DNA of 64,000 bases from Cystobasidiomycetes sp. EMM_F5 (lineage: Eukaryota), in contig JBPGPT010000030.1 in the NCBI GenBank assembly GCA_051047955.1, positions 62,001-126,000 on the forward strand, read 5' to 3'. Shown in pieces: positions 51,701-64,000 of this stretch (positions are counted from its first letter, which is position 1; every line of letters starts with the position of its first letter). The notes below the pieces were generated by a model that was not told where the DNA came from, did not search any database, and was given only the letters and a program-made list of their open reading frames with translations. The position numbers were made by a program, and so were the translations under genes.

Positions 51701-53740
51701 CGAGAACACAAAGCCGAGCAGGCTACTGGGTGAGACGCATTTCATGTAGACATGCGAGTAGACGGCTAAATGTCGATCCTATCATAGCACGTCGCATGAA
51801 TAGCTCTTCTAGCCTGAGTTTTGCTCGACTGGCACACCAACCCAATCTGGAGTCTATGCGTCCTAACTTTTCCCGCAACCCGTCGCGGGATGTTTTACCG
51901 ACACCGGTCCCGTTGGTGGAATTGCCGCTTCTACCGGCTCAGCCTTCACATGACATGCTGTTCTTTTACAACGATATTGAAGGCGAAGAAGATGCAGATA
52001 TAGAATTAGAAGGTTTGAGCGATCTCAGCACGCCACTCACACCGCCTATCAAGGCCGAAGACGATCTTGACGACTTCAATCAGCTTGCCGTGCGCCGACG
52101 CATCTCGCGGTCCGTGAGTAGTCAGGCAGTTTCGGAGGGTTCGGAAGACTCTTTCGATGTCGATGCGGTCGTACCCGTTCGTGGTCAGAGCGCTCTACCG
52201 GGCGCTAGCAACGGTGCTGTGAGCCAACAGAAGGAAGATGACGTTGATGAAACTCCCTCTGTATCGCGTTCACTCTCCAGCAGTCGAACAACCTCACCTC
52301 GAGACAGCTTTTCTCCCCAACACAATATGGGGCCGAATGCTGATTGGGCATTGACCCCGCCGAGCGAGGACGAAATAGTGGAAGACGATGAAAAGACGCT
52401 TGACCGGGCTCTGTTGGTCGGACCAGAGAGTGTGGGTATGGACGACCTCGATGACGCTTGGCCAGGCCGCCGCAATATTTTCGAAGAAGGAAACGGCAGT
52501 AGCAGTAGCGGCAGCAATACTGAAACTGTCAAGGGCTTCAACGATGCACTTTTTGCCGGCGTCTGTGTCTTTGAGCCTATCCTGTCTCCTGCACCGCTCC
52601 CTCCGATCGATGTTTCCTCCTTGCCGTCAACCAGGTGCAACAGTCTTCCCCCAGTGCCGACCATCACAGTGGAGTCTAGCCCTCGTCTAGCATCGCAAGA
52701 CGTCGAGAACAACAACATGGCTGTTGATAATGATCTCGATGCGTCTCGGTACATCACCGTCGATATGGGCCCCTGCGATGAGACTCCCTTGTCTACGCCA
52801 TCGATGACTGTGCCAGTCTATCCAAGCAGCGGCGCTCAATCTCCTGCAGCGACCTTCTTTCTACAGCAATCGTCCTCCGCGTTGTCTTCTCCGGCCCTGC
52901 CAGCATCCACTCAATCCTTCTTGTTCCATCCAGACACCCCGACGGAACCAGTCATGTCTATTTTACTGACTGAGACCAAGATTCTTTTTTACTCGACACC
53001 GGTTCAGGTCGCTGGAGGTCAGAGCAAGCCACTGCTACGGAGGGTGGACAACGACGCTGTTGATGCAGTCACCTTGCTGCATGCATTTGAGGGCGTTACG
53101 AAGCTTGAAGAAGAGCGTATTCAATCAATGGCAAGCATACACGCGCTGGGTAACAGCTGGGTAGCCATCTCTTTTGCTCGAGAGCTTGTAGCCAAATTTG
53201 GAGGAGGCGAATCACCGGTCAGTCTTGCTAATTATCCGTCTGTATGTGGCGATGAGCTGAGTTTGCTTTTAAAACGCACGACAGCTTGAGCATTTTTTGG
53301 CAGACGATATCCTCTTGCATTGGAATGACAAGCTGCTAAGGCTTGGCACCATGCTTCGTACCAAGAATGGGTTACCTGTCCCGACGGTCCCGCAAGATAG
53401 GAAACAGCGACTGAGCCCTGCTTCTCCCGTTCCTTCTTCTCGACCTTCGCCAGACACGAAGACCGTCGCTGTCAGCGGTAGTGTGGCCAAGACTGCCACC
53501 AGCGATAGGACGAACACCATACAGGCGACAAGGTCGACGTCTATCAAGAAGCCAAAAGCGACAAAGTCTTCGCCTGTACCGCCAGTGCAGCCAAAGATCT
53601 TACCGGCTCAGCCTGACACAAATGCTCAGGTAGATGCGGGCATTGTCGGGTCTTCTGCGACGGAACCCGCCGCTGAGTCGTCATTTGTGAGCACCAAAGA
53701 CGGCAAAGTATCATCTAGACGCTCGACACGCAATAAATGA
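48711..53740 (+). CDS. Large low-complexity nuclear protein with a GDS1-like winged-helix region and a C-terminal APSES/KilA-N-like region
   Basis: Spliced DPLLIMCARACAMCQNRALAPKEIA..FALISSCLRSHLKR..PPLF..VKRGTFWFLSAVTGFPSPF; C-terminal PLLRRVDNDAVDAVTLL..GNSWVAISFARELVAKF. The ORFs are joined by GT-AG introns (49424-49495, about 49646-49789, about 51730-51788, and one near 53218-53290). Confidence 0.6.
48976..48999 (+). repeat. (CTT)8 microsatellite encoding poly-Ser
   Basis: Perfect trinucleotide run inside the first exon of the 48711 gene. Confidence 0.85.
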
Positions 53741-54932
53741 GTCAAGATGGCTGGTCGACACGAGGTGCTATGATTTCATATAGCGAAGTGATCTCGCCGG
53801 ATCATCTTTGAGCTAGTCGGCGGGACGCTCAGCCGCTTCGAGGCGTCACGTAGATCATTCTTGGAATACAGAAGACGACGGATCTTGCAGCTTGGCTATA
53901 CGATGCAATGCATCAGTGCGTGCGGAGGTTGTGCACGCACGATCTTCAAGCTGATGCTCCTCGTAGCGAGTTGCATCGACGATGTCGACTCTGTTACTGT
54001 CCGGAATCTTACACCAAACACCAAGATGTCGTCTCTTTTCTAGTACGGCAACAAGACATCAGTTCTATTCCGATCAAATCGCCAACTTCACTAGATATAC
54101 CACCACTTCAGTATTTGCAGTTTCTTCTTCCCTCAGTTGCAGTGCCCATGACGAAATTATCAAACGATACAAACAAGGAAGAAACAAGATGGCCAACAAG
54201 GCCAACAAGGTTTGGCGCAAAACAAACAAGAGAGGCCGACGAGGTCGACCGCAGACAGGACAATCTGCTCTGCTTGAAGAAAGGCCAAGTAAAAGGAAAG
54301 GAAAAGGAGAAAGAAAAGAGAGAAGAGGCTGCAAAGAAGCCACGTCTGGACAAGAGCGCGTCAGTAGGAAAGACACCATGTCAATTCTGGATGTCACTAC
54401 TCGTTGTTACATCCTGCGTGCGTCGCATCGGCCTTGCAATAGCATCACCATCCCACCTCATTGCGCGCTGCGAGACCTTCAATTGATGGCTGTCGGCATC
54501 GCTTGACGTCGAGTGCGAAAATAGGGGCATTTCTGGACTGAGTCGCGTGGTCGTTGAGCAGAGTCTAGAGCAAAGTCATCGGATGCAGCGGATAGCTGGG
54601 GTGCTGTAGGTTGAGTGCTGCATGGTGCCGGTGTTTGCAGATGGGTGTGCTTGATCCGGAGAATGTAGCGAGCAGAATGTATGTCGACCACTAAGACTCT
54701 GTTGAAGGTGTTGATGTAAAAGAGCTAGAGCCTGATGGCCTACTTCAACATTTGTCAAATGAAATACTATATCAGTCCTGTCGGCAGCACTGCAACTTGA
54801 ACATCCTTCGTGTATATCCGAGTTTGATAATTTGACGTGTCGGCTACTTTGAACCGCATCAATTGAGTCCACAAACACGCTCACTCACCGCCAAGCTGGC
54901 TCTGCAGTCAGCTCTGCTCTGCGCGAGTCGCC

Positions 54933-57900
54933 ATGGCCGACGATGGCTCCGCAGTCCGGCGACCGCGAGCTGGGACTATGCCATCGACGTTTCACCTCAA
55001 CAACCCGGTGCCCTCCACTTCGGCTGCTGGCTCTAGAGGCGTCAGCCCTCATGGAAGTGTCCGTATCGATCCCCTGGCTAATCCTACAGATCCCCTCCTC
55101 GCTGCTGCTGCTCCCGCGTCATCGTTTGCGACCTCCGCTAGGCCAGATCTTTTGCTCCATCGTCGGAAATCTGGATTGCCATTGACTGGTCCAAGTGCTG
55201 GCTCTGGGAGCAGTTCGAGTCACTTCTTGGGAGTCGGTGGTCCTGGGTCTGGGTCTGGGTCAGCCGGCAGCCTGCTAAATTACTCGAGCTCGTCCTTGGG
55301 AGGTGTTGCAGTGCCAAACTCCATGGCAGCGTCAAGCTCGTCAATGACAAACATGGATGACCTGCGCGCTTCAATCCTGCGAGCCTCGCAACCACTCACC
55401 CCAGACCCCGCAGCAGCAGCGAGGTTGCGATCCGGCTCACTCACTGTGCCCTCGCCGACCTTGGCGTCTGTCGGGCTGACGGCCTCTGCATCGCATTCCG
55501 GTCACAGTACGACCATGTCTGCAGCTCCTGGTCCAGTGTTCGGCCCGCCAGGGTCAGGTGCCTGGTCACCGGTAAGCGTCTATAAATCTAGCATTTCCAT
55601 CATTTCGTACTTCTAATTGAAACCGCTATCAGATACCGTCAAGCGCTGCAGCAAGCTCGTCTATGAGCAGTCTGCAGACGTCTGCCCCTCTGTTATCCGT
55701 ACACTCGGCTCAAGACGCTTCTGACCGACCTCGAAGACTATCATCCGGATTAGCCAGACATGCACACACCCGTCAACCGTCAGATATCGACCCATCACAT
55801 ACTCTTGGAGGCATCTTGGACTTACTCGACAGCGATGACACACCGACGTCAACGACTATTCCTGACTCTCCTTTTGGCGCAAAATATAGCTTGAATCAAA
55901 GCCTGACTCCACAGGGTCCTTTGTCTGTTCAAGCGACTACAACCCTATTCCCTCCGCCCGGCATCCTCAGACGCTCGTCTGGCTCAGTTTCTGTGCCTCC
56001 TTCTACACAGCCTTCCATGCAGAACCTACGTCAGGCTTATCTCGACCAGTCTTCCATTTCGGCTTCCTCGTCCTCGTCTCACCTTCCCTCGCTATTGCAT
56101 CTCCTTCCAACCGCACCCGCTTCAGCACCGATGCATCACACCCTGTCTGCAGGTACTGGTTCTAATCTTTCCGTCTTCCAGCACTACCAGCAAGGCGTGA
56201 TGAGTGGCATGATGCCTTCGACGTCTGTGCCTTCACTGTCTGCAGTGAGCGCTGCCACGCGGTTGAGAGCTAGCACATTGAGTACCGCAGACATGTTTGG
56301 GCGATCAAGCTATCGTTTGGCTTCGTCGTCTGCTGCTCATGCAGGACTGAACGGTACCACCAATGACTTGTTGCCCATACCATCATCGAATGGCCTACGA
56401 CACGCTTCTTTCTCAGTGGGAGAGTCGGGCCGCGTGTCGCCGAGCAGATTTGAAGGTATCGTTCCGCATGAGGCTCCTTCGCGATCGCTTGCAGACCTCC
56501 AGCTCTGCGAATCTGCCGATGTATCGTCTTCTCTGCGCGACCCAGCCATGAGTGCAGCGAGCTCGGCCTATCTACTCAACAGACCACGTGCGACAACCAT
56601 TGCGATAGTCGATGCTGCCATTCCGCCGGGTATGGGTAGTGCGCCAACATTACAGGCCGATACGTTTGAGCAGGCAGAATCCGCTGTCGCCAGCTCACTG
56701 TCTGCAGCAGCCGTAATGTCTGCAGCGCAACATCGAAAGAGGGCTGGAACTTCCATCGATGTCGGGCTTGGACGGCCAAGTGGCATCCAATCTGCTGCAC
56801 CAAGAGGGCCTAGCGGACTCCGCACACCCCTCTACGATGTTCGTGCAGATGGATACCCGCAAGACCAAGACCTTGTTGATTCTGACAAGAAGACGTCTGA
56901 TTTGGTCACTCAAGCTGCGCTTGATGCAGAAAATACGGGCAGAATTCCAGCTATAACCTCTTACGCGCAAGCCGTCGCAGGCGTCTCTACTCCCACATTG
57001 CCTAAAGCCGACTTTAGCCTCCCAGTCATGTCACCTGAACGACCTACGACGCCGCCTGCTCGCAAATCACCAACTATACCACTGTCTGCTGCTTCAATGC
57101 AAAAGTCTCGATCGCTGTGGGTCGGGAACGTTGACGCGAGAATCACTTCACACGATCTGTACACCGCTTTCAGTCCCTACGGTGCGATCGAAAGTATCAG
57201 AGTGCTGCCTGATAGAGAGTGCGGTTTCATCAAGTATGTCAACTTACTTTCCCCTTCTGAATGCTTGACTGACCGGCAGTCGATGACATTCAGTTTTGTT
57301 TCGGCTACTGATGCGCTTGCTGCAAAGGACGATATACTTAATCGCTTGGAAGGGCAAATACAGACTCAATCGAGCGGAGCACTTACTATTCGGATCGGGT
57401 ATGGCAAGACGGAGAATGTGCCGAATACTCCAGCATCTTCGCTACACTCCCGTAACTTCAGCAATCTTCAAACACCGACGGCACCCCTCATGTCCGCAGC
57501 ACCCAGTACAGACGGCCCCGTACAAAGCAGTCCTACCAGAGCGTTATGGATCGGATCCGTACCGCCCACTCTGCAAAGCACTGATCTAGTCAAGGTGTTT
57601 TCTGCTTTCGGTGCTATAGAGTCTGCTCGCATTCTCCCGCACAAGCAGTGCGGGTTCTGCAATTTCGAAAGTATAGAGGATGCAGTTCGCGCCCGCGATG
57701 CCTTGAATGGTCAAGAAATCCTGGGCAGTGAGGTCGGCCCAGTCAAGATTGGGTTTGCCAAAGTACCCGGGAAAACACCTGGCTCTGAAATAACTAGCCC
57801 TTCCGCATATGCTATAGCCAAGCATTCCAACGGCAATCACGCCTCCGATGATTCAGGTGCTTATCGTACCTCCCTGGCCCTGGCTAATGCAGCGAACGCT

Positions 57901-59941
57901 CCCGGTCGTGCAGGACTCTTGTCTACAGCTCGTCTTGCACGTGTCTTGCAGCCAGCAGTGGGATTGTCACCCAGTCTAGTAGCGTCTGAGTTTGGCGACA
58001 GTGTTGCGTCCCCGCTTCTTGGGACAGATGTGCCAGATGTCGACGAGCAGCGAGCCTTGATGCGGGAGCTCAGTGGTGATTCGGCCGATGCGGAGTCACA
58101 CGTAGAACTGTTAGAGGAGTCCCTGAGGGCGACTAACGTATACTTGACAATACCCCCAATCCCGGAAGACCGTCAAAGACAGCGTAACCCCAACCTTGAT
58201 ACTCCAAGGATGCGAGACATTCGGAAACGTCTAGAAGCTCCAGCTCAGCACGTATCCCAAGCTGAAGTCGATGGCCTTACTTCTGAGCTCTTGGAAGACA
58301 CCGTATACCTGTCAACTGATTACATTGGCAACTGTATAGTGCAAAGAATGTTTGAACGGTGCAGTAGCGAGCTTCGTGTGCGCATATAGTTACTTCAAAT
58401 CCGGTCTCGCCTTACTGACTCTCTACAATTCCCTCGTCAGCTGGCCATACTTCAGCAAATAGCGCCGCATCTGGCCACCATCTCATGTCACAAGAACGGC
58501 ACCTGGGCGTCGCAGAAAATCATTGATACAGCCTGCAGTATACAGGAGGTTACGCTGATTTGCCAAAATATCCGGCCGTACGTTCCATCATTGTTGCTGG
58601 ATCAGTTCGGCAACTACGCGGCTCAGCTATGCTTACGCTTCTTTTCGCCAAACTCGGATTTTTTGTTTGATGCAATGGTTGACCGGTGTTGGGAGATTGG
58701 GACGGGTCGCTTTGGCGCACGTAGCATACGCACATGTCTGGAAAGCTCCAATGCTACAAAATACCAGCAGAAGCGCGTTGCTATCGCCATCATTCTAAAC
58801 TCGGTACCGCTCGCCGCTAATTCGAACGGGTCTTTACTACTCACGTGGTTACTGGATACGTCGAATTTACCAGGGCGGTATAGTCTGCTGGCTTCTCGCT
58901 TCACGCCGCATCTAGCGCAGCTGTGTGCACATAAAGTGGCTTCGACCACCATACTCAAGGTCATCAACCAAAAAGTGGACTTGCAGTCATCTCGACACTT
59001 AGCCAATGCTGTACTCACGGGCGGGGAAAGCACAGTTTTAGAAGATATACTCGGAGAACAGGTGCACGGCTCCTCCTTCGTGAGCTAGATGGTTATTTCG
59101 CATAGCGGCCGAAGCTGACAAGCTTCTCTAGATTCACAAACTGCTCGCGAGCCCGTATCTGGACACGGAACTACGCCAGATTGGGGTCGGCAATGTTCGA
59201 AAAATATTACAGCGCAATCCTTCCCATCACTCCCCTGCATATGGCAAGCTGTGTCTTGAAGTTGGCCTGCCTGCACCTATATCGACACAACCGTCCTTTA
59301 ATGGACAGCATCACCCCGGCATGCACAATACGTATCAGCGTCATACTCCTTCCCTACAGTACAGCAAAATGAATGCGCCTGTGACACCTGGACCGGCGAC
59401 GATGCCAAACCCGAAGCTAAACACTAACTCGCCGGCCTTCACGTTTCCCCAATTTGGCTCGCCTCTATCGCCACAGCCACATCCAGTTAGCGCCGCAGCT
59501 GCGATAGCGAACACAGCAGGCAGATCCGGCTCACGCGACAATCCTAGCTTCCAAGAAGCTGCAAATCTATTCTATAGCCAGAAACACGATCCTTATATCC
59601 ATGACGGCGCATATAACAACGGACCGATGTCAGATCAGCAGCGTGAGCCTTCTCCCAGAAGTGCCCCATTGATGCCATCGTTGGCTGCTGGAGGTCTACA
59701 ACACAATAACTATGCGGACCAATATCTACAGAACGTGGCCGCCTTGCAAAGTGAGCTTTGTCACAATCGTAGCATCGGTAGCCTACTAAAACTTGCTGTA
59801 GTGTCTGGCTTCACCGGTTTGTCGCCATACGCTGCTTACGGTCAAAACACGTACAACCACTCCCTGGGGCACCACGAGTACAATCCATCACCCATATATC
59901 CGTTTTACGAGCAGCAAAGCATGCAAGCACGACCGTCATGA
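54933..59941 (+). CDS. JSN1: Jsn1/Puf2-type RRM + Pumilio RNA-binding protein
   Basis: RRPRAGTMPS; two RRMs (SRSLWVGNV..FSPYGAIESIRVLPDRECGF and TRALWIGSVP..ESARILPHKQCGFCNF); Pumilio repeats (LSTDYIGNCIVQRMFE, HKNGTWASQKII, LLDQFGNYAAQLCL, RFGARSIRTCLE). Confidence 0.9.
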
Positions 59942-60169
59942 TCGGACCGTGTAGGCCGAATGTACGCCATTATTACGTAACCAACATTGGGCGTGTGTGT
60001 ACCCAAAAGTGTATCTAACCGGTGTAACGTGTGCATCCTAGCACGATTGCATTCTTCAGCTACACTAAGCACTATAATCGTGTTCTGTCTACGAAGGTTG
60101 ACTGCTGCACTGCACAGAGTCCAGCACTGATACAAGCCCCTAAGCATCGCTAATGATCGCAAACCTCCT

Positions 60170-61033
60170 TCACGTGGTGTGCTTGACAATTTGCTGGCTA
60201 CGAGGATCGAGATTGGTCACGATCTCCTGAATACGCGTTTGCGCAAGGTTCGAATGACCGTGCTCTTGCAGGATCCTCTGGCATGCTTGATTCACATCGT
60301 GCGTCGTCACAAGGATACCACTGCATTCCTCCATGGGTTGTCTTCGGCGCTTCTCGCTCTCGCTCTTCTTCAGAAGCAAAGCCCACCGCACTGGGGGCAA
60401 CACACTCGCGGCTTGAGACCTATGCTCTCTAGCAGAGGGAAGCGCCATTGTACTGACCTCGTGATCGACATCGCTGATGATACGATGCGACCACGAGTAA
60501 TGCTCGGGTAAAAAGAGCCCATAGGTGATGTGGAAGCTGCGAGGTGCTCCCTCTACGACCCGGTATTCGAAAGATGATATCTTAGCGTCAATAATGGTGA
60601 TTCCCGTAGCAAGTCTCCTTGCCGTGGAATGGAAAGGGATCGGACATACGGGAGCATCTGCGATACTGTCAGAGAATCGAATACATTCGCCAGCAATGCA
60701 GCGGGACTGACTGTAAGCGCGCTGTCCTAGGCAGTACCTCAGTCTTTTGCAGAGCACCGTTGCAAGCATTCTCCAAGAATCGATTGACCTAACATGTGCC
60801 GGAATTCCGTAGCCGGCCGCTTCGCAAGCTTGTCGCCAAAAGTCCGCTTTTGCATGGTAGACTCGCCTCAACCGCGAGCTCGTGCGGGAGAGACTGACAT
60901 AGTCGTTGAGGTCTTCCAAATACAGAATCATTGATAAGAGGACATCTGACGGAAGGGAGAGAAAAACAGGGTGTGCCGAGATCCTATGGGAGGGTTGTTT
61001 CATCAACGCATCAGGCAGGTCCTCGGAATGCAT
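60170..61033 (-). CDS. F-box protein, tandem paralogue 1
   Basis: FLSLPSDVLLSMILYLEDLNDYVSLSRTSSRLR..FWRQACEAAGYGIP; probable in-frame 54-nt intron 60658-60711; start codon uncertain. Confidence 0.75.
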   Translation of the reverse strand: MHSEDLPDALMKQPSHRISAHPVFLSLPSDVLLSMILYLEDLNDYVSLSRTSSRLRRVYHAKADFWRQACEAAGYGIPAHVRSIDSWRMLATVLCKRLRYCLGQRAYSQSRCIAGECIRFSDSIADAPVCPIPFHSTARRLATGITIIDAKISSFEYRVVEGAPRSFHITYGLFLPEHYSWSHRIISDVDHEVSTMALPSAREHRSQAASVLPPVRWALLLKKSESEKRRRQPMEECSGILVTTHDVNQACQRILQEHGHSNLAQTRIQEIVTNLDPRSQQIVKHTT

Positions 61034-61473
61034 CCTGGGACGGAAGATTTTTGCGGAGGCGAGATGTCTGCTCGAGTACAAGCAAACCCCTGTCCGATTT
61101 GATGGGAGGTAAGCCGGAACGACGTTCCTGCCAGAGGCTGCAGGTCTGACGAGTCACGAATGCCGTCCGTTTGACCGTGTTGTTCGCTGCAACGGTGGCC
61201 GTTCATGGGTGCAATGGGTAAAGACGCAGTCATCGCACCTTCTGCGCCGAGCGGATTGACTAGAGATGGCAAGCGGAAAGTAAGGTTATGCAATACATTG
61301 AAACTCGACGAAAGGGTCGACTCCTGTCAGCCGCATCGGCCGATGACTAACTGCTAAACCTCCTGCGAGTGCGGTCAGGCGGCTGACGTCTTGCTGTGTC
61401 TGCAGTCTTATGCAGCACGTCACGCCTTCCCATTTACATCTCGCTCAGTAGCCACAGTTTCGCAACACGAAAG

Positions 61474-62353
61474 CTAGATGTCTCCGAATCCGAAGGATGC
61501 GATGGCATCAGCAACAAGCGTGCGAGGGTCTGCAGAGTCGGGATTCTTCCGCACGACATTTTGGCAGAAAACGTCTAGGTCGTACAGAGTCATGGGCTGT
61601 TTCGTCATCGTGCCAGCAATAGTGCTAGACGGCGTAGAGTCTGCGGAGTTATCGCCTTGCTGATCCGCCCTCGGCAAGAGAACAGCCCAGAAGACAGGTG
61701 GTATCCAATAATAGGAAGTCCACGTAGGTGGCGGCTTGGAGGATCTCGTGTCTCGCATGTCATGGCGGGGCACCAGGGTCGTGCCCCGTATCCAGCCGTA
61801 GCTATCAGGGACTTCGATGTCGTACGATATTGGATGGATTTTTCGTTTCGTGCCCTGACTGAATTTGACTCCTGATGGTAAAATCCCGACACCGGTAATG
61901 CATGCGTTCGCAATCTTGCTGGCATCGACCGGACATATAGCGTCGCCTGAGACATCAAACTTGAGGCATTGGCTTCAGGGTAAGCGCACGCATCTCACCT
62001 TTTGTATACGTATACCAATGGCAAAGTGACCCTTGGCGCAGACGTATACAGATTACAGCGGCTAGCATCTCCCAGGATCCGATTGAGCGGAAGTTGGTCG
62101 GAATACCGTAACCAGCAGCCATACAAGCGCGTCGCCAGAATCCCTCTTCCTCAGCATAGAAGGATCGTATAATCGCGCTCGTTCTGGCGAAATTGACATG
62201 ATCGTTGAGATCATCAAAATGACGGATGATTTCCCGCCAAACATCTTTTGTCAGCGACGAGGAAGAACCCTTGATAGTCACAACAGACGACGGCGCCAGC
62301 GACGACGGCGACAGTCGCCTTAGCCTTTCCCGCAGATTTTGTATGGTGAGCAT
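61474..62353 (-). CDS. F-box protein, tandem paralogue 2
   Basis: SSLTKDVWREIIRHFDDLNDHVNFARTS..FWRRACMAAGYGIP; a phase-1 intron (donor at 61998) joins the 61474-61773 frame. Confidence 0.75.
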
Positions 62354-62747
62354 CGCTGGAAAATTTTGCCGTGAAGGGGTAAGCCGATAACAAGCCTCAG
62401 TCCAAGCAGCGCACACAAGCCGTGAGCAAGCGATCGTTTGATCGTCTGTTGGACTCGTTGGACTGTGAAAGAACCGTCAGACGGCCGTTCTCACTTCGCG
62501 TCAGCATGGGAAACCATGACATTGCGAGCCTGAGGCGAGGCATACATGAGGAGTGGTTTCCTCTTTTGCTCTGGACAGATCACACGCTGTGGTATTGCTT
62601 GACACCAAGTATACACACAGTCAACGACAAGGGGATTTCGGCGATACACGGTACCAACTCCTGTAAGCGGAGGAAAGGCCGACGCTGCGATCAAGCTGGT
62701 AACCGACATAACATCGTCGCCTAGCAGCCACAAGTAGCGTGCTGTAA

Positions 62748-63681
62748 TCAGTGAAACAAGCGGTTCGGCTTGGTACGATAGCGATACGCATCAGGCCACA
62801 TTCCTATGGCAGCCGTAAGAGCATTGGAGATTGCCGATTCCGATCGTGAATGCTTGCCGATGATGTCCAGACATTTCCTATTCAGGTCGTGGAGAGTGAC
62901 TCCATGGGTGTTCGTCATCCACAACTCGGTCGCCGGGGGCTCTGTCATGTCGCCATCATACTTTTCCATGGGTACGCCTACCACTAAACGGAATGCAGGG
63001 TTAGGTCCCAAGTGGGCCAGTGATGGCGCAGGTCGTCTCGCAAGGTCTCCGCTCTTGACGACAACATGCTGTTGTAGAGGATGCTCTTCAGACAGGAGTA
63101 AACGGTATACTATGTTGTAGGCCGACACCCTGGTACTAGTCGAAGAGCTGCGGAATAGGTCGACGTATGTTAGGAGGACTGAACAGTGATTGCGATTTTC
63201 AGAGACAATATCCTGGGAGAGTACTGGAATGGCGAAGGGCATGCCTTGGGTGGAGCCGTGTATAGCAACTGCGGATTAGGCATTACGATGGATGGTGCTC
63301 ATACACAAACCGTGTATGCTCACCTTGTGTAATCCGAGCACGGGTCATCCGCATACAGATTACGCCCGCCAACATTTGCCAAGAATCGATGGTCGTGAAT
63401 GCGGATGGTATGCCATATCCCGCGGCCGTGCACGCTCGTTGCCAAAACGTAGGCTCAGCATCGAAAAAGGAGCGCAGTGCTGCACTTGTTCTCGAGAGGA
63501 ATACATAGTCGTGTAGGTCGTCAAAGTATTGGCATATCAAGCGCAATACGTCGTACGGGAGCGTGGAGAGGCCGTCCGAGGACAATTTGCGACTGCATTC
63601 AAGTTGATTTGGCGCGACTCTACCTTTAGAGCTCAGCTTGAGCGCCTTACGCTTGAGCAGATGAGCGCATCTGCTGAGCAT
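62748..63681 (-). CDS. F-box protein, tandem paralogue 3
   Basis: LSTLPYDVLRLICQYFDDLHDYVFLSRTS..FWQRACTAAGYGIP; phase-1 intron 63269-63323 joins the 62748-63242 frame. Confidence 0.78.
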
Positions 63682-64000
63682 GAGGACTCGAACAGATCCC
63701 CTTCATCTGATGCCGATAGCTACGGAGCCAGCAGGGCGGCAGCACTAGAAAGTTGTTGCGCAAAGTCTTGCTCGACCAGACTCCAACTACCAGATGAGCA
63801 GGTTCTGTTATATAATACAGCTGTGTCTGAGTCTTTCGAGGCTTGTTGTCCAGCAGAGTCAATGTATCGGCGAGCCTTGAGACTTCATCAACCGGGGAGA
63901 CTGTCGAAACATATGACTGCACAAGCTGCAGCGAGCACCTCTGCTCGTGACGGTATTGCGACTTCTGCGAGTACTTCTTCCACGAAGCGCCGAAAGAATG

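Noticed and set aside
51720..51790. Apparent frameshift between ORFs 49701-51749 and 51730-53289
   Set aside because: Explained by a GT..AG intron with a branch point; there is no need for programmed frameshifting or a pseudogene.
63647..64000. Minus-strand ORF that might be a fourth F-box paralogue
   Set aside because: It lacks the shared motifs and overlaps the start of paralogue 3; flanking sequence is needed.

Overview
Gene-dense, intron-rich eukaryotic DNA with short GT-AG introns (mostly about 50-70 nt) and CTRAC-type branch points. The gene content looks like a basidiomycete yeast; Pucciniomycotina is plausible but unproven. About 26 protein-coding genes can be rebuilt by hand, in order: O-methyltransferase (5'-truncated), GLTP/HET-C2-like, QCR9, SAM methyltransferase, GT90/CAP10-like glycosyltransferase, C2H2 plus fungal TF-domain regulator, NEW1/Elf1, CENP-C/MIF2, a small F-box protein, SSL2/XPB, APP1-like phosphatase, SDR, D-2-hydroxyacid dehydrogenase, PDI1, a UBA/UIM pseudo-USP::PDCD2 fusion, MID1, OHCU decarboxylase, acetamidase/formamidase, a kelch membrane protein, SAC3, RPS18, a GDS1-like/APSES-like protein, JSN1/PUF2 and three tandem F-box paralogues. 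The main observation is an uninterrupted reading frame joining a catalytically dead USP25/28-like ubiquitin-binding protein to a PDCD2/Tsr4-type ribosomal-protein chaperone. The linker carries a ubiquitin-tail mimic (LRLSGG), making it a candidate DUB-processed polyprotein. Also notable are a duplicated CENP-C N-terminal motif with its intron, 4-9 nt micro-exons inside catalytic motifs, and a fast-diverging F-box array. No tRNA, rRNA, CRISPR array or transposon was recognised. All family calls come from remembered motifs, not database searches, and exon boundaries are manual.
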